64,000 nt of DNA, from positions 2,034-66,033 of the forward strand of contig JBMFOU010000005.1 in NCBI GenBank assembly GCA_049969475.1, written 5' to 3'. The DNA is from Bacteroidales bacterium. GTDB lineage: Bacteria > Bacteroidota > Bacteroidia > Bacteroidales > TTA-H9. Position 1 is the first letter of the stretch. Every line of letters starts with the position of its first letter. Under the pieces are notes generated by a model. That model saw only the letters and a list, made by a program, of their open reading frames with translations. It was not told the DNA's origin and made no database searches. Below, in pieces: positions 19,614 to 28,996 of the stretch. The position numbers and the translations under genes are program-made.

Positions 19614-20807
19614 ATGCTTACACTGAAAGTGATCTTCTGGATATTATTGTTTATAGTTTTTTATGCTTACCTTGGTTATGGAATATTGCTTTTCATTCTG
19701 GTGAGGCTAAAGCGCATTTTTAAACGCAAACCCCACCCGAGCGACACGCATTACGAGCCAGAGGTAACCCTCTTGGTGGCTGCATATAACGAGCGCGAAT
19801 ATGTAGATGCCAAGGTGCAAAATTCACTCTCGCTCGACTATCCCAAAGAGAAGATTAAAATGGTTTGGGTAACCGACGGCTCGGATGATGGAACTCCTGA
19901 ACTTCTAAAAAAATATGAAAATCAGGGAGTAAGAGTTTATCACAAACCTGAGCGGGGTGGCAAAATCGGGGCCATGAACCGGGGTATGCAATTCGTAGAT
20001 ACTCCCATAGTGATATTTTCTGATGCCAACACTATGCTTGGACCGGAAAGTATTCGCCGCATAGTCAATCTATTTGCTGATCCAAAAGTGGGTTGTGTTT
20101 CGGGAGAAAAAAGGATTTTTCAAAAAGAAGCCCAGTCGGCAGCTGCTACCGAAGGAATTTACTGGAAATATGAGTCGAAACTCAAGAAATGGGATGCAGA
20201 GCTATACTCGGTAGTAGGGGCAGCCGGCGAACTATTTGCTATTCGCACCGATCTTTACCAAGAAGTTGAGCAGGACACCCTACTCGACGATTTTATCATT
20301 TCCCTGCGTATAGCCATGAATGGATATACCATTCAATACGACCCGGAAGCATATGCTATTGAGGCCCCTTCGGCCAATGTAAAAGAAGAACTAAAGCGAA
20401 AAATTCGCATTGCAGCCGGCGGCATTCAAAGTATAGTACGCCTGAAGCCTTTGCTTAATCCTTTTAAATATGGCCTACTTTCGTTCCAATACATTTCGCA
20501 TCGCGTCCTTCGCTGGACCCTTGCACCACTCTCTTTACCCCTGATTTTTATCCTGAACCTCATCGTTGCCATCCATGCAGGTTTTGCATCCAACGATCTC
20601 TATACTTGGCTCTTTTTAGCTCAGGTGCTTTTTTATGCTATGGCGCTATTAGGTTGGTTGCTCGAAAGTAAAAGCCTCAGAATTAAAATTCTATTTGTTC
20701 CTTATTACTTCCTTATTATGAATTATGCTGTTTTTCTTGGTTTTGCCAGATACCTGAAAAAACAGCAGTCGGTCAATTGGGAACGCGCTCAAAGGGCGAA
20801 AGCCTAA
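19614..20807 (+). CDS. membrane-embedded GT2, second synthase-like enzyme
   Basis: 397 aa. N-terminal TM, GT-A core (LLVAAYNE, FSDANT), a degenerate QxxRW position (RKIRIAAGG), and C-terminal TM helices. Confidence 0.85.
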   Translation: MLTLKVIFWILLFIVFYAYLGYGILLFILVRLKRIFKRKPHPSDTHYEPEVTLLVAAYNEREYVDAKVQNSLSLDYPKEKIKMVWVTDGSDDGTPELLKKYENQGVRVYHKPERGGKIGAMNRGMQFVDTPIVIFSDANTMLGPESIRRIVNLFADPKVGCVSGEKRIFQKEAQSAAATEGIYWKYESKLKKWDAELYSVVGAAGELFAIRTDLYQEVEQDTLLDDFIISLRIAMNGYTIQYDPEAYAIEAPSANVKEELKRKIRIAAGGIQSIVRLKPLLNPFKYGLLSFQYISHRVLRWTLAPLSLPLIFILNLIVAIHAGFASNDLYTWLFLAQVLFYAMALLGWLLESKSLRIKILFVPYYFLIMNYAVFLGFARYLKKQQSVNWERAQRAKA

Positions 20808-20847
20808 AGAGGCGTTCCCTCTTTTTTAAAAGCTGGGGCAGAAAAAC

Positions 20848-22506
20848 ATGAAAGCTCAATTCTTATTGGGGATTATCTTAGCTTTAATAGGTAGATATGC
20901 AGCGGCCCAGCCTTGTGATATAATTTTCAATCCTTCTCCTAAAAATACCCTATTAATCAAGGCTTCTGATTTCCCCAGCATAGGTCCAGGAAAAACCATT
21001 TGCCTGAAAGCTGGAAAATATTTTAATATCCGCTTCGAAAACTTACGGGGAACTGAGTCTAATCCCATCTTAATTCGTCCTTTGGAGGGTGACGTTATCA
21101 TCGATACAACAAGTCCGTATGGTATTAAATTTAGCGACTGTCAGTTCCTTAAAATCGATGGCCTGGACGAAGGTCAGCGAAAAATACGTATTCTTAAAAC
21201 CAATGGTACAGGGGTATCCATCGATGACCGCTCCACGGATATAGAAGTCGCCTGGTTGGAAATAGGAAATACTGGACTGGCCGGAATTGTTGCTAAATCT
21301 GACCCTGATTGCAGTTTTAACACTACCCGTGACAGTTTTTTAATGAAAAATATCACTATCAGGGACAATTTTCTGCATGATATCGGACTTGAAGGGATGT
21401 ATATTGGCAGTACCTATTTTTTCGGTCGTACCATACATTGCGGTAATCATGATACAACGGTGCTGCCACACGTCAATCACAATATTCATATTTATAATAA
21501 TTTTATATTTAAAACCGGCTACGACGGTATGCAGGTTTCAAGCACAGTTAAAAGTTGTTTTATACACGACAACACTATCTGGTACGATAGCCAACTGAAA
21601 CAGCCCGGACAAATGAGTGGAATTATTGTGGGAGCGGGAAATGCATTGGAATGTTATAATAATACTATCATAAACGGAGCCGGACATGGCATTGAAATCC
21701 ACAGTCAGGGGGGGAGAATATTTAACAATGTAATCGTAAACAACGGAAGAAGTTATAGACCCAACACACAGGGAGTCTACGTTAAACCGGGCATATTCGT
21801 GGGTTACAACCTTTACAATCCTGATAACCTGCCTTATAGAATATATAATAACACCATTTACCGACCAAAGAGTGAAGGAGTTAAATTTTCGAACACCAAC
21901 AGTCCTGTGAACGAGTTTATTAACAATATTATTGTCGATCCCGGGATATGGAAGTATTATGACAGTCTTAATATACCAGTAACAAGGAGCTTTCTCAATA
22001 TTGATCCTGGAATTAGTTATATAAGCCTGACCAACTATTTCACGCAGGATACCCTGGCCCCTCAGTTTGCAAATCCTGAATCGTATAATTTTATGCTACA
22101 AGAAAATAGTCCTTTAGTGGATGCAGGAACACACCTGGGAAATCAAGGGGTAGTTTTCGACCGTAATAACTCTCCCCGACCTCAGGGAAAAGGATACGAT
22201 ATAGGAGCCTTTGAATACTTTGCCCAGCAGGGTTTAGAGTCTCCTAAGGCGAAAGAGAGTTTCAGGTTGTTTTATGACATCAGTAGACAAACTTTGTTAT
22301 TGATGGGTGATGAATTCTCGGCCGAGATCACTGGCGTTGCAGTTTATAACTCCATGGGGCAATGTAACATAAAACAAAAATTCAACCATCAACAAGGAAG
22401 TAAAGTGTCATTGGATGTAAAACACCTGCCAGCAGGGATTTATGTGGTAAATATTGAAACAGCCGAAGGAACTTTTGGAAGATTGTGGATAAAAGGAACA
22501 AGATAA
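20848..22506 (+). CDS. secreted right-handed parallel beta-helix protein with a T9SS C-terminal sorting domain
   Basis: 552 aa. Signal peptide, repeated N-N/I-x-N beta-helix rungs (IYNNFIF, CYNNTIING, IFNNVIVNNG, IYNNTIY, FINNIIV). C-terminal 80 aa end GVAVYNSMGQ...LPAGIYVVNIETAEGTFGRLWIK. Confidence 0.8.
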   Translation: MKAQFLLGIILALIGRYAAAQPCDIIFNPSPKNTLLIKASDFPSIGPGKTICLKAGKYFNIRFENLRGTESNPILIRPLEGDVIIDTTSPYGIKFSDCQFLKIDGLDEGQRKIRILKTNGTGVSIDDRSTDIEVAWLEIGNTGLAGIVAKSDPDCSFNTTRDSFLMKNITIRDNFLHDIGLEGMYIGSTYFFGRTIHCGNHDTTVLPHVNHNIHIYNNFIFKTGYDGMQVSSTVKSCFIHDNTIWYDSQLKQPGQMSGIIVGAGNALECYNNTIINGAGHGIEIHSQGGRIFNNVIVNNGRSYRPNTQGVYVKPGIFVGYNLYNPDNLPYRIYNNTIYRPKSEGVKFSNTNSPVNEFINNIIVDPGIWKYYDSLNIPVTRSFLNIDPGISYISLTNYFTQDTLAPQFANPESYNFMLQENSPLVDAGTHLGNQGVVFDRNNSPRPQGKGYDIGAFEYFAQQGLESPKAKESFRLFYDISRQTLLLMGDEFSAEITGVAVYNSMGQCNIKQKFNHQQGSKVSLDVKHLPAGIYVVNIETAEGTFGRLWIKGTR

Positions 22507-22664
22507 GTTATTTTAAATCATTAAATTAAAACAAACTTGCATCTGGTTGGCAATGCCATGGCAAGCAGTCAGGCTTCGGTAGGAAAATTGTAAGCAATGG
22601 TTGCAGAGGGCTGTCAGACTGAGAACGCTGTCATCCTTTGAATAGAAAGATGATTTCTATTAAA

Positions 22665-22693
22665 TTTTCAAAACACTTGCTTCCGTTTGAAAA
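22665..22693 (+). promoter_or_regulatory. inverted repeat TTTTCAAA-N13-TTTGAAAA, candidate ArsR operator
   Basis: Perfect 8-bp arms at 22665-22672 and 22686-22693, just upstream of a near-consensus -7 box TATGTTTA (22702-22709) and the arsR ATG at 22728. Confidence 0.3.
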
Positions 22694-22727
22694 ATATGTC
22701 GTATGTTTACAACATTAAAAACAAGGA

Positions 22728-23084
22728 ATGAAAAAAGAAGAAAACTTCGATGAAGAATTGCAGGAATTGGCTCGCTTTGCCAAGGTAATCTCTCACCCTG
22801 CACGCCTTGCAATTTTGCAACACTTAGCTCAAACGCATACCTGCATTTCAGGGGATATCAGCGACTCAATACCCTTAAGTCGTACGACAGTTTCCCAACA
22901 TTTAAAAGAGCTTAGAGAAATAGGCTTAATTCAAGGTGAGGTGGAGGGTGTCAAAATCCATTATTGTCTTTGCTCCGAAAACCTGCACAAATTCATTGAT
23001 ATGTTTAATTCTTTCTTCAATCCTATCAAATATGCTTCTGTTGAGTGTAAAATTCGTAAACCATTAAAAAACAAAGAACTATGA
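22728..23084 (+). CDS. arsR: ArsR/SmtB-family metalloregulator
   Basis: 118 aa. Winged-HTH pattern (LARFAKVISHPARLAILQHLAQTHTCISGDISDSIPLSRTTVSQHLKELREIGLI). First gene of the ars cluster. Confidence 0.85.
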   Translation: MKKEENFDEELQELARFAKVISHPARLAILQHLAQTHTCISGDISDSIPLSRTTVSQHLKELREIGLIQGEVEGVKIHYCLCSENLHKFIDMFNSFFNPIKYASVECKIRKPLKNKEL

Positions 23085-23368
23085 GAATCACAACAAATGC
23101 CATGAATGCTTTTGAGCAAATATTGAAAAGTAATGAAACCGCTAATGGTATCCGGATTTTTATTGCCGGAGGTTGTTGCACTCCTGCGTTCCAGTTTGAA
23201 CTTGCTGAGAACCAAGATAAGGAAGAAGTGATCGAACCGGTGGATGGGATTAATTTCTTCTTCACCGAAGAAGTAAAAGAAATACTCGCCCCCGTTACCC
23301 TTGACCATAATGGTTTTGGCTTTTTAATGTCAGGCTTAGTGAAAAATGAGTGTGGTTGCTCGCACTAA
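23081..23368 (+). CDS. IscA/HesB-like small protein with CC...CGC cysteine motif
   Basis: 95 aa. It aligns by eye to A-type carriers (GGCCTPAFQF against GGGCSGFQY), with a C-terminal CGCSH. ATGA overlap with arsR. Confidence 0.7.
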   Translation: MRITTNAMNAFEQILKSNETANGIRIFIAGGCCTPAFQFELAENQDKEEVIEPVDGINFFFTEEVKEILAPVTLDHNGFGFLMSGLVKNECGCSH

Positions 23369-23404
23369 ACGAAACAAAATTATTAGCTTAACAATGATAT
23401 TGCT

Positions 23405-23833
23405 ATGAAAATTCTTGTCCTATGTACAGGTAATAGTTGTCGCAGTCAAATGGCCGAAGGTTTTCTTCGGTCATTTGATTCGAGACTTCATGTTGAATCG
23501 GCAGGAACCGAACCTGCTGCTGAAGTCCATCCTAAAGCCATTAAGGTAATGGCTGAAAAAGCGATCGATATTAGTCACCACAAACCCAAGCTTGCGGATC
23601 AGTTTATCAACGAAGAATGGGATTATGTAATTACAGTGTGCGACCACGCCAATGAGACGTGTCCAGCTTTTCTGGGCCCGGTTAAACATAGATTACATAT
23701 TGGGTTTGAGGACCCTGCAAAAGCCACAGGAACAGAAGAAGAGATTTTGGCTGAGTTTCGGCGTATCCGCGACCAAATCCAATCGGAATTTTATAGGTTG
23801 TTTGAAAAAGAAGTCAAACCTTTTCTTTCATAA
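23405..23833 (+). CDS. arsC: arsenate reductase, LMW-PTP/thioredoxin-coupled type
   Basis: 142 aa. CTGNSCRSQMAEG P-loop plus a downstream Cys pair (VCDHANETCP). Confidence 0.92.
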   Translation: MKILVLCTGNSCRSQMAEGFLRSFDSRLHVESAGTEPAAEVHPKAIKVMAEKAIDISHHKPKLADQFINEEWDYVITVCDHANETCPAFLGPVKHRLHIGFEDPAKATGTEEEILAEFRRIRDQIQSEFYRLFEKEVKPFLS

Positions 23834-23888
23834 AACTCTAATTTTCAGCAAGAAAACAATCACCAACCTATCATAAAACTTTTGCTGT

Positions 23889-24935
23889 ATGGCTAACAAC
23901 CATAAACTTTCCTTTTTCGACCGATATCTTACCCTTTGGATTTTTTTGGTGATGGGAGCTGGAGTTCTTACCGGCTCACTAGCCCCAAGCATTGCACAGT
24001 TTTGGGACTCAATGAGTTCGGGAACCACCAATATACCCATCGCTATGGGTCTGATTCTCATGATGTATCCACCCCTGGCCAAAGTAAAGTATGAAAAGTT
24101 ACCCCTGGTATTCAGCAATTTAAAATTATTAGGGCTATCACTAGCTCAAAACTGGATTGTGGGTCCGCTGGTTATGTTTTTTCTCGCCTTGATTTTCCTG
24201 CCCAACCATCCCTCACTCATGACGGGTGTAATCCTCGTGGGCCTGGCACGATGCATAGCCATGGTACTTGTATGGAACGACCTGGCCAAAGGCGATGCAG
24301 AATTGGCTGCCGGACTTGTAGCTTTTAATGCTCTTTTCCAGGTTTTTCTGTATTCAGTCTACGCATGGATATTTATCACCTTTTTACCCCCATTATTTGG
24401 TTTTCAGGGCAGCATTGTTAAAGTTTCTATTCAAGAAATAGCCATCACCGTGCTCATTTACCTGGGAATACCTTTTATTGCGGGGCTTCTTTCAAGTATC
24501 GTGTTTAGAAAGTTGAAAGGTGAAAACTGGTATTTTCAACGTTTCATTCCCACTGTATCCTGGTTGACGCCCATCGCATTGCTTTTTACCATTTTCGTCA
24601 TGTTCTCACTAAAAGGCGACAAAATTGTAGAATTACCCTTGGATGTTTTTAGGGTAGCGATTCCTTATTCAATATATTTTGCCTTAATGTTTTTCACCAC
24701 TTTCTTTTTGGCCCGAAAAATGGGAACCGGTTACGAACAGTCTACCACGCTGGCTTTTACGGCAGGAAGTAACGATTTCGAGCTAGCCATTGCAGTAGCT
24801 ATAGCAGTATTTGGAATCTCGTCAGGTGAGGCATTCGCAACTGTTATAGGGCCTCTGGTTGAAGTTCCGGTACTTATCCTGTTGGTAAATGTTGCACTGT
24901 GGTTCAGAAAGAAATATTTTGGAATTACATCCTGA
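23889..24935 (+). CDS. acr3: ACR3-family arsenite efflux permease
   Basis: 348 aa, about 10 TM segments. N-terminal [16 protein letters not shown] and ARCIAMV blocks are typical of Acr3. Confidence 0.9.
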   Translation: MANNHKLSFFDRYLTLWIFLVMGAGVLTGSLAPSIAQFWDSMSSGTTNIPIAMGLILMMYPPLAKVKYEKLPLVFSNLKLLGLSLAQNWIVGPLVMFFLALIFLPNHPSLMTGVILVGLARCIAMVLVWNDLAKGDAELAAGLVAFNALFQVFLYSVYAWIFITFLPPLFGFQGSIVKVSIQEIAITVLIYLGIPFIAGLLSSIVFRKLKGENWYFQRFIPTVSWLTPIALLFTIFVMFSLKGDKIVELPLDVFRVAIPYSIYFALMFFTTFFLARKMGTGYEQSTTLAFTAGSNDFELAIAVAIAVFGISSGEAFATVIGPLVEVPVLILLVNVALWFRKKYFGITS

Positions 24936-24982
24936 TAATTCTCTCTCCGTAACCCTGTTTACAAAGGTTGCCGGTCGCGCCG

Positions 24983-24990
24983 TATTTTTG
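24983..24990 (+). promoter_or_regulatory. -7 promoter box (TATTTTTG)
   Basis: TAnnTTTG match 14 nt upstream of the pdxB ATG at 25005. Confidence 0.45.
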
Positions 24991-25004
24991 CAAAAATTTT
25001 ATGC

Positions 25005-26108
25005 ATGCCTGTAATACTTGCCGATCGGCATATTCCTTATCTGGATGTTTTGGCCCAGAGCGAGTTACAAGTTATTCCTTTAAGACCTGAAGAAATCACA
25101 AGGACAAAACTTTTAGAGACTCGGGCTGAAGGGTTATTAATCAGAACACGAACCAAGGTCAACTCAAATCTACTGGACGGGACAGCCGTTCATTTTATTG
25201 GCACAGCCACTATTGGCATGGACCATATCGATACGCTTTGGTGCAAATCCCGGGGAATAGAGGTTGTGTCAGCTCCTGGATGCAATGCGGGAGGCGTGAT
25301 GCAATACATCGCAGCAGCTCTGGCTCAATATTTCACAACTTCCCCAAAAAATCCCGATGGGCTAACGCTGGGCATTGTGGGATACGGGAATACCGGAAGA
25401 TTATCAGCAAAAGTGGGTAATGCGCTTGGAATGAGAATTTTAATAAACGACCCACCACTGGCCGATGCCGGTTACCTGAAGAACGACACTCCATTGAAGC
25501 AACTGCTTTCCGAATCTGATGTAGTTACCTTACACGTTCCATACACTTCCAGGGGAGCCCATCCTACCCGATACCTCCTCAATGAGGGAAATATCAAGTA
25601 CCTCAAGCCCACAAATCTTCTTATCAATACCTCAAGGGGTGGAGTTGTGGATGAAATGTCGCTCTTAAAATTCAAATCTGAACACCCAGCATTTCATTAT
25701 ATTTTGGATGTTTGGGAGAATGAGCCAGACCTCAATAAAGAGGTACTTTATGAGGCATTTCTGGCAACTCCACATATTGCAGGATACAGTCTGGATGGGA
25801 AACGCAATGCCAGTCAGGTGATTTTCAATGCAGTACTGAAACATTTTGGTTTTGGGGAAGATATAGTTTTACCTGATATTATCCCACGCACTCAGCCAGA
25901 AATCAATGCACGGCATCTTATGGAAGCGATTCTTGAGGTGTATCCAATAACTGCGGATGACCGGAGGCTGCGCAGGGAGCCCGGGAGCTTTGAAAAATTA
26001 AGATCAAACTACCCATTCAGGCATGAATTCCATCACTTTACCCTAAGTGGGTTAGATGAAGTGGAAAAGCGAAATGCCCAAGTGTTGGGGTTTAAAATCA
26101 AGGATTAA
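25005..26108 (+). CDS. pdxB: 4-phosphoerythronate dehydrogenase
   Basis: 367 aa. PdxB-like N-terminus (ADRHIPY...), FIGTATIGMDHID, APGCNAGGV, NAD-binding GIVGYGNTG. The size fits PdxB rather than other 2-hydroxyacid dehydrogenases. Confidence 0.8.
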   Translation: MPVILADRHIPYLDVLAQSELQVIPLRPEEITRTKLLETRAEGLLIRTRTKVNSNLLDGTAVHFIGTATIGMDHIDTLWCKSRGIEVVSAPGCNAGGVMQYIAAALAQYFTTSPKNPDGLTLGIVGYGNTGRLSAKVGNALGMRILINDPPLADAGYLKNDTPLKQLLSESDVVTLHVPYTSRGAHPTRYLLNEGNIKYLKPTNLLINTSRGGVVDEMSLLKFKSEHPAFHYILDVWENEPDLNKEVLYEAFLATPHIAGYSLDGKRNASQVIFNAVLKHFGFGEDIVLPDIIPRTQPEINARHLMEAILEVYPITADDRRLRREPGSFEKLRSNYPFRHEFHHFTLSGLDEVEKRNAQVLGFKIKD

Positions 26109-27964
26109 TAATCGAGATATTCCTGGAAAAGAGTTTGAAGAAAAGCCCGGGCATGTTTTTCATGCTTCAAATGAATACCCGAAGGAATAGTCATGCGGAA
26201 AGGTATTTGCAGCTTATGATCCCATATATATTCTCCTTCGGGAATTTTCCAACCTACGCCATAATCGAATGTAAGATACGTGAAATCAGGTGTGGCAGGA
26301 TTTAGCATGTCTCTTCCCCAAAAAAACTCCTGGGTAGAGACTCCAAGCATACTCAAAAGTGTGGTTCCTACATCGGTTTGCGAAACCAGCCTCGAAATTT
26401 GCCTTCCCCTCCATTCCGGTTTAATCACTTCACCATAAAAGAGAATGGGTATCCGGTTGTATTCGAAAGAATTAGGATGCCAGTTGCGATAGGAATTGTG
26501 GCTATGATCGGCTACGAGAATAAAAAGGGTATTAGCATACCATGGCTGCTTTCGCGCCTGCTCGAAGAAACGCCCCAGGCTCCAATCAGTATAAAAGGCT
26601 GAGTTGATATATTTACGTTCGTTGTTCCCCCAGTGTAATTTTTCCTCCATGGGCTGGTCGTAAGGGGAATGAGAAGACAGAGTAAACAAGGACGCAAAGA
26701 ATGGTTGAGGTTCGGTTTTAAGGTCATGCAGAAGTTCGTTGAGAGTAAACTCGTCGTGAATACCCAATTTGCCTTCCTTGCGGGGAAGTTTGAAATCATA
26801 AATCTCTTTAATACGATGAAACTCGTTGAAGATAATGTAGCTCTTTATGTTTCCGTAAATCAGTTGCCCTCCGAAGTAAAAGCTTGAATGGTATCCCAAA
26901 GCATTAATTTTCCGTACGATACTTGGTAAATGTCGGTACTTGTCAGGCTGGACAGTGATAGAAGTGTAAGGATGAGGGGGAAAGGCACTGAAAAGAGCAG
27001 CCATGCCCTGCTCCGAACGTTTTCCCCCGGCGTAGGCCTGAGTGAAAAGAATCCCATTTTTCTCCAATTTTCTGAATTCGGGAGTTATGCCAGGTTCTCC
27101 GCCCAGGCTTTCAATCAGATCGGCCGACCAACTCTCTAAAATGAGCATTACAATATTGGGGCGCTCGTTGATGAGAATTTGCGGGGGACTGATTATTGGC
27201 TTAGCAAATAAAGAGTCCACGATAGCTCTGGCCTCTTCATCAGGCATAAATCGGAATGGATTCTCGTCTTTAAATTGACGGTTTTCGAACCAACTGATAT
27301 AAAGGTTGAAAGCAGAGTTTACTGCGGTGTTGTTGAGTATTTCGTATTGCGAATAATAGCTCTGACTCTGGTTGATAGGAATTTGCTGCAAGCCTCCCCG
27401 AGCTCCTATAACCAGCAAGGGAAGAAATAAAACAAAGGCTAATAAGCCTTTCCACCAAACCCTTGCCTCTCCCACAGATCGAATGGCAACCCACCGATGG
27501 TAGATAAAGACTCCTACAGTGGTCAGTATCCCAAACATCGCAAAAAGCAGTACCAGATTGCTGGTTTGGGCTGAGTTGATAACCTCGGAAGGATGAGCCA
27601 GATATCTCAGAGCCTTAAAGCTGAGCTTGGTCTGCCACTCCTCATAAATACCTGCTTCACCAGCAATAAGGAGGGAATAACATACAATCAGTAAGTAATT
27701 AAAAATCAACAACAGTCGGTCGACCCAGGCTGATCGTGCATAATACTTAATCATAAGCAGGACTAATATTATAAAGGCAGGGTAGCAGAAAGTGGCCGTA
27801 TCGAGGCGAAGCGCAGAGGGGAAAGCCTTTAAAATTTCCATGAAAGGCATACCGGAATGAAACATCAAGCCTGCATAGTAAACAATAAACGCCACCCGCC
27901 CCAGGGCAAAAAAAATGAGCCAGAAAAAATAGTGGCGTAAAAGACTTTTGAATATGAATTTCAT
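26105..27964 (-). CDS. LTA-synthase-family (alkaline-phosphatase superfamily) membrane transferase
   Basis: 619 aa. About 5 N-terminal TM helices, then a sulfatase-type domain (IVMLILESWSADL..., GGKRSEQGM, LVADHS). The stop overlaps the pdxB stop (TTAA, convergent). Confidence 0.8.
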   Translation of the reverse strand: MKFIFKSLLRHYFFWLIFFALGRVAFIVYYAGLMFHSGMPFMEILKAFPSALRLDTATFCYPAFIILVLLMIKYYARSAWVDRLLLIFNYLLIVCYSLLIAGEAGIYEEWQTKLSFKALRYLAHPSEVINSAQTSNLVLLFAMFGILTTVGVFIYHRWVAIRSVGEARVWWKGLLAFVLFLPLLVIGARGGLQQIPINQSQSYYSQYEILNNTAVNSAFNLYISWFENRQFKDENPFRFMPDEEARAIVDSLFAKPIISPPQILINERPNIVMLILESWSADLIESLGGEPGITPEFRKLEKNGILFTQAYAGGKRSEQGMAALFSAFPPHPYTSITVQPDKYRHLPSIVRKINALGYHSSFYFGGQLIYGNIKSYIIFNEFHRIKEIYDFKLPRKEGKLGIHDEFTLNELLHDLKTEPQPFFASLFTLSSHSPYDQPMEEKLHWGNNERKYINSAFYTDWSLGRFFEQARKQPWYANTLFILVADHSHNSYRNWHPNSFEYNRIPILFYGEVIKPEWRGRQISRLVSQTDVGTTLLSMLGVSTQEFFWGRDMLNPATPDFTYLTFDYGVGWKIPEGEYIWDHKLQIPFRMTIPSGIHLKHEKHARAFLQTLFQEYLDY

Positions 27965-28060
27965 GCGATAATTTTTTTTACAGTGGATTCCATATTTTAT
28001 TTAAACAACCTGTGCATGGCTATCAGTGTATCCAGGCATCTACCCAAGGGAAAGTTGTTG

Positions 28061-28972
28061 CTAACATTTATTGAGTTGAAAATCAATAATATTAATCAAT
28101 GAATCTATCTCTTTCGGTGAGAACCATTGATACTGAGGGTCTTTTCGGAACCAGGTGAGCTGACGTTTGGCGTAACGCCGGGTATTGGTTTTAATTTTCT
28201 CAACAGCATCATCCAGCGAATACAAACCATCGAAGTGTGCAAATAATTCTTCGTAGCCCACAGTCCGTAGGGTATTCAAATAGCGGAGATGCTTCAGGGA
28301 GAGGGCTTCTTCTACCAATCCCTCTTCAATCATTGAGTCGGTGCGGTGAGCTATACGTAAAAAAAGTTCTTCACGAGGAAGGTTGAGCGCTAGTTTGAGA
28401 ACCCGGAAAGGACGATGCTTCGCAGTTCCAGTGCGAAGTGAGGAGTAAGGCTGGCCGGTGATAAGGCAAACTTCAATGGCTCGCATCAGCCGGGCTGGAT
28501 TATTAAGGTCAACGAGGGAATAGTAAACCGGGTCGAGCTGGCTAAGCCAGTTGCGAAGCCCATTCAGACCTTCTTTTTGGTAAAATTGGTGTACCTCTTC
28601 CCTAATACGGGGGTCGGGGTCGGGCAGCGTGTCGAAACCTTTACACACTGCATCAATGTAAAGTCCTGATCCACCCACCAAAAAAGCGCAGCGGTGATTT
28701 TTAAAAACATCATCCAGCCTGGCAAGTACTTCATTTTGGTATTGGGAAGCATTACAGGGTTGTGTGATACTTCTATCTCCCACGAAGAAGTGAGGCACTC
28801 TGGCTCTTTGTTCCGCGGTGGGAGCAGCCGAGCCAATAGGAATTTCAAAATACAACTGCCGGCTATCAGCCGAAAGAACCACTGACTGGAAATGAGAGGC
28901 CAGCTGGATGCCCACCTCGGTTTTGCCGGAAGCCGTGGGTCCGGCTACTACCACCAGGAGGGGTTCAGGCAT
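28061..28972 (-). CDS. miaA: tRNA dimethylallyltransferase
   Basis: 303 aa. P-loop VVVAGPTASGKT, SADSRQLY, and C-terminal YAKRQLTWFR. Confidence 0.95.
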   Translation of the reverse strand: MPEPLLVVVAGPTASGKTEVGIQLASHFQSVVLSADSRQLYFEIPIGSAAPTAEQRARVPHFFVGDRSITQPCNASQYQNEVLARLDDVFKNHRCAFLVGGSGLYIDAVCKGFDTLPDPDPRIREEVHQFYQKEGLNGLRNWLSQLDPVYYSLVDLNNPARLMRAIEVCLITGQPYSSLRTGTAKHRPFRVLKLALNLPREELFLRIAHRTDSMIEEGLVEEALSLKHLRYLNTLRTVGYEELFAHFDGLYSLDDAVEKIKTNTRRYAKRQLTWFRKDPQYQWFSPKEIDSLINIIDFQLNKC

Positions 28973-28996
28973 AATTCATGAAAAGGAAAACGGTTA

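Noticed and set aside
21708-21714. Homopolymer tracts considered as phase-variation switches: G7 in the beta-helix gene, A9 at the kinase 3' end (31069-31077) and T10 in the first spacer (226-235).
   Set aside because: The tracts are short. Only one sequence is available, so no length polymorphism can be seen. Slipped-strand switching is not the usual mechanism in this phylum.
22507-22660. Palindrome TGCCATGGCA, short hairpins (for example 22631-22653) and a 9-codon ORF in the gap after the beta-helix gene. I checked these as a possible tRNA, sRNA or terminator.
   Set aside because: There is no cloverleaf and no match to any RNA family I recognise. The stems are short or bulged and lie 125 nt or more from the stop codon. 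They could be a weak terminator, but the support is insufficient to call one.
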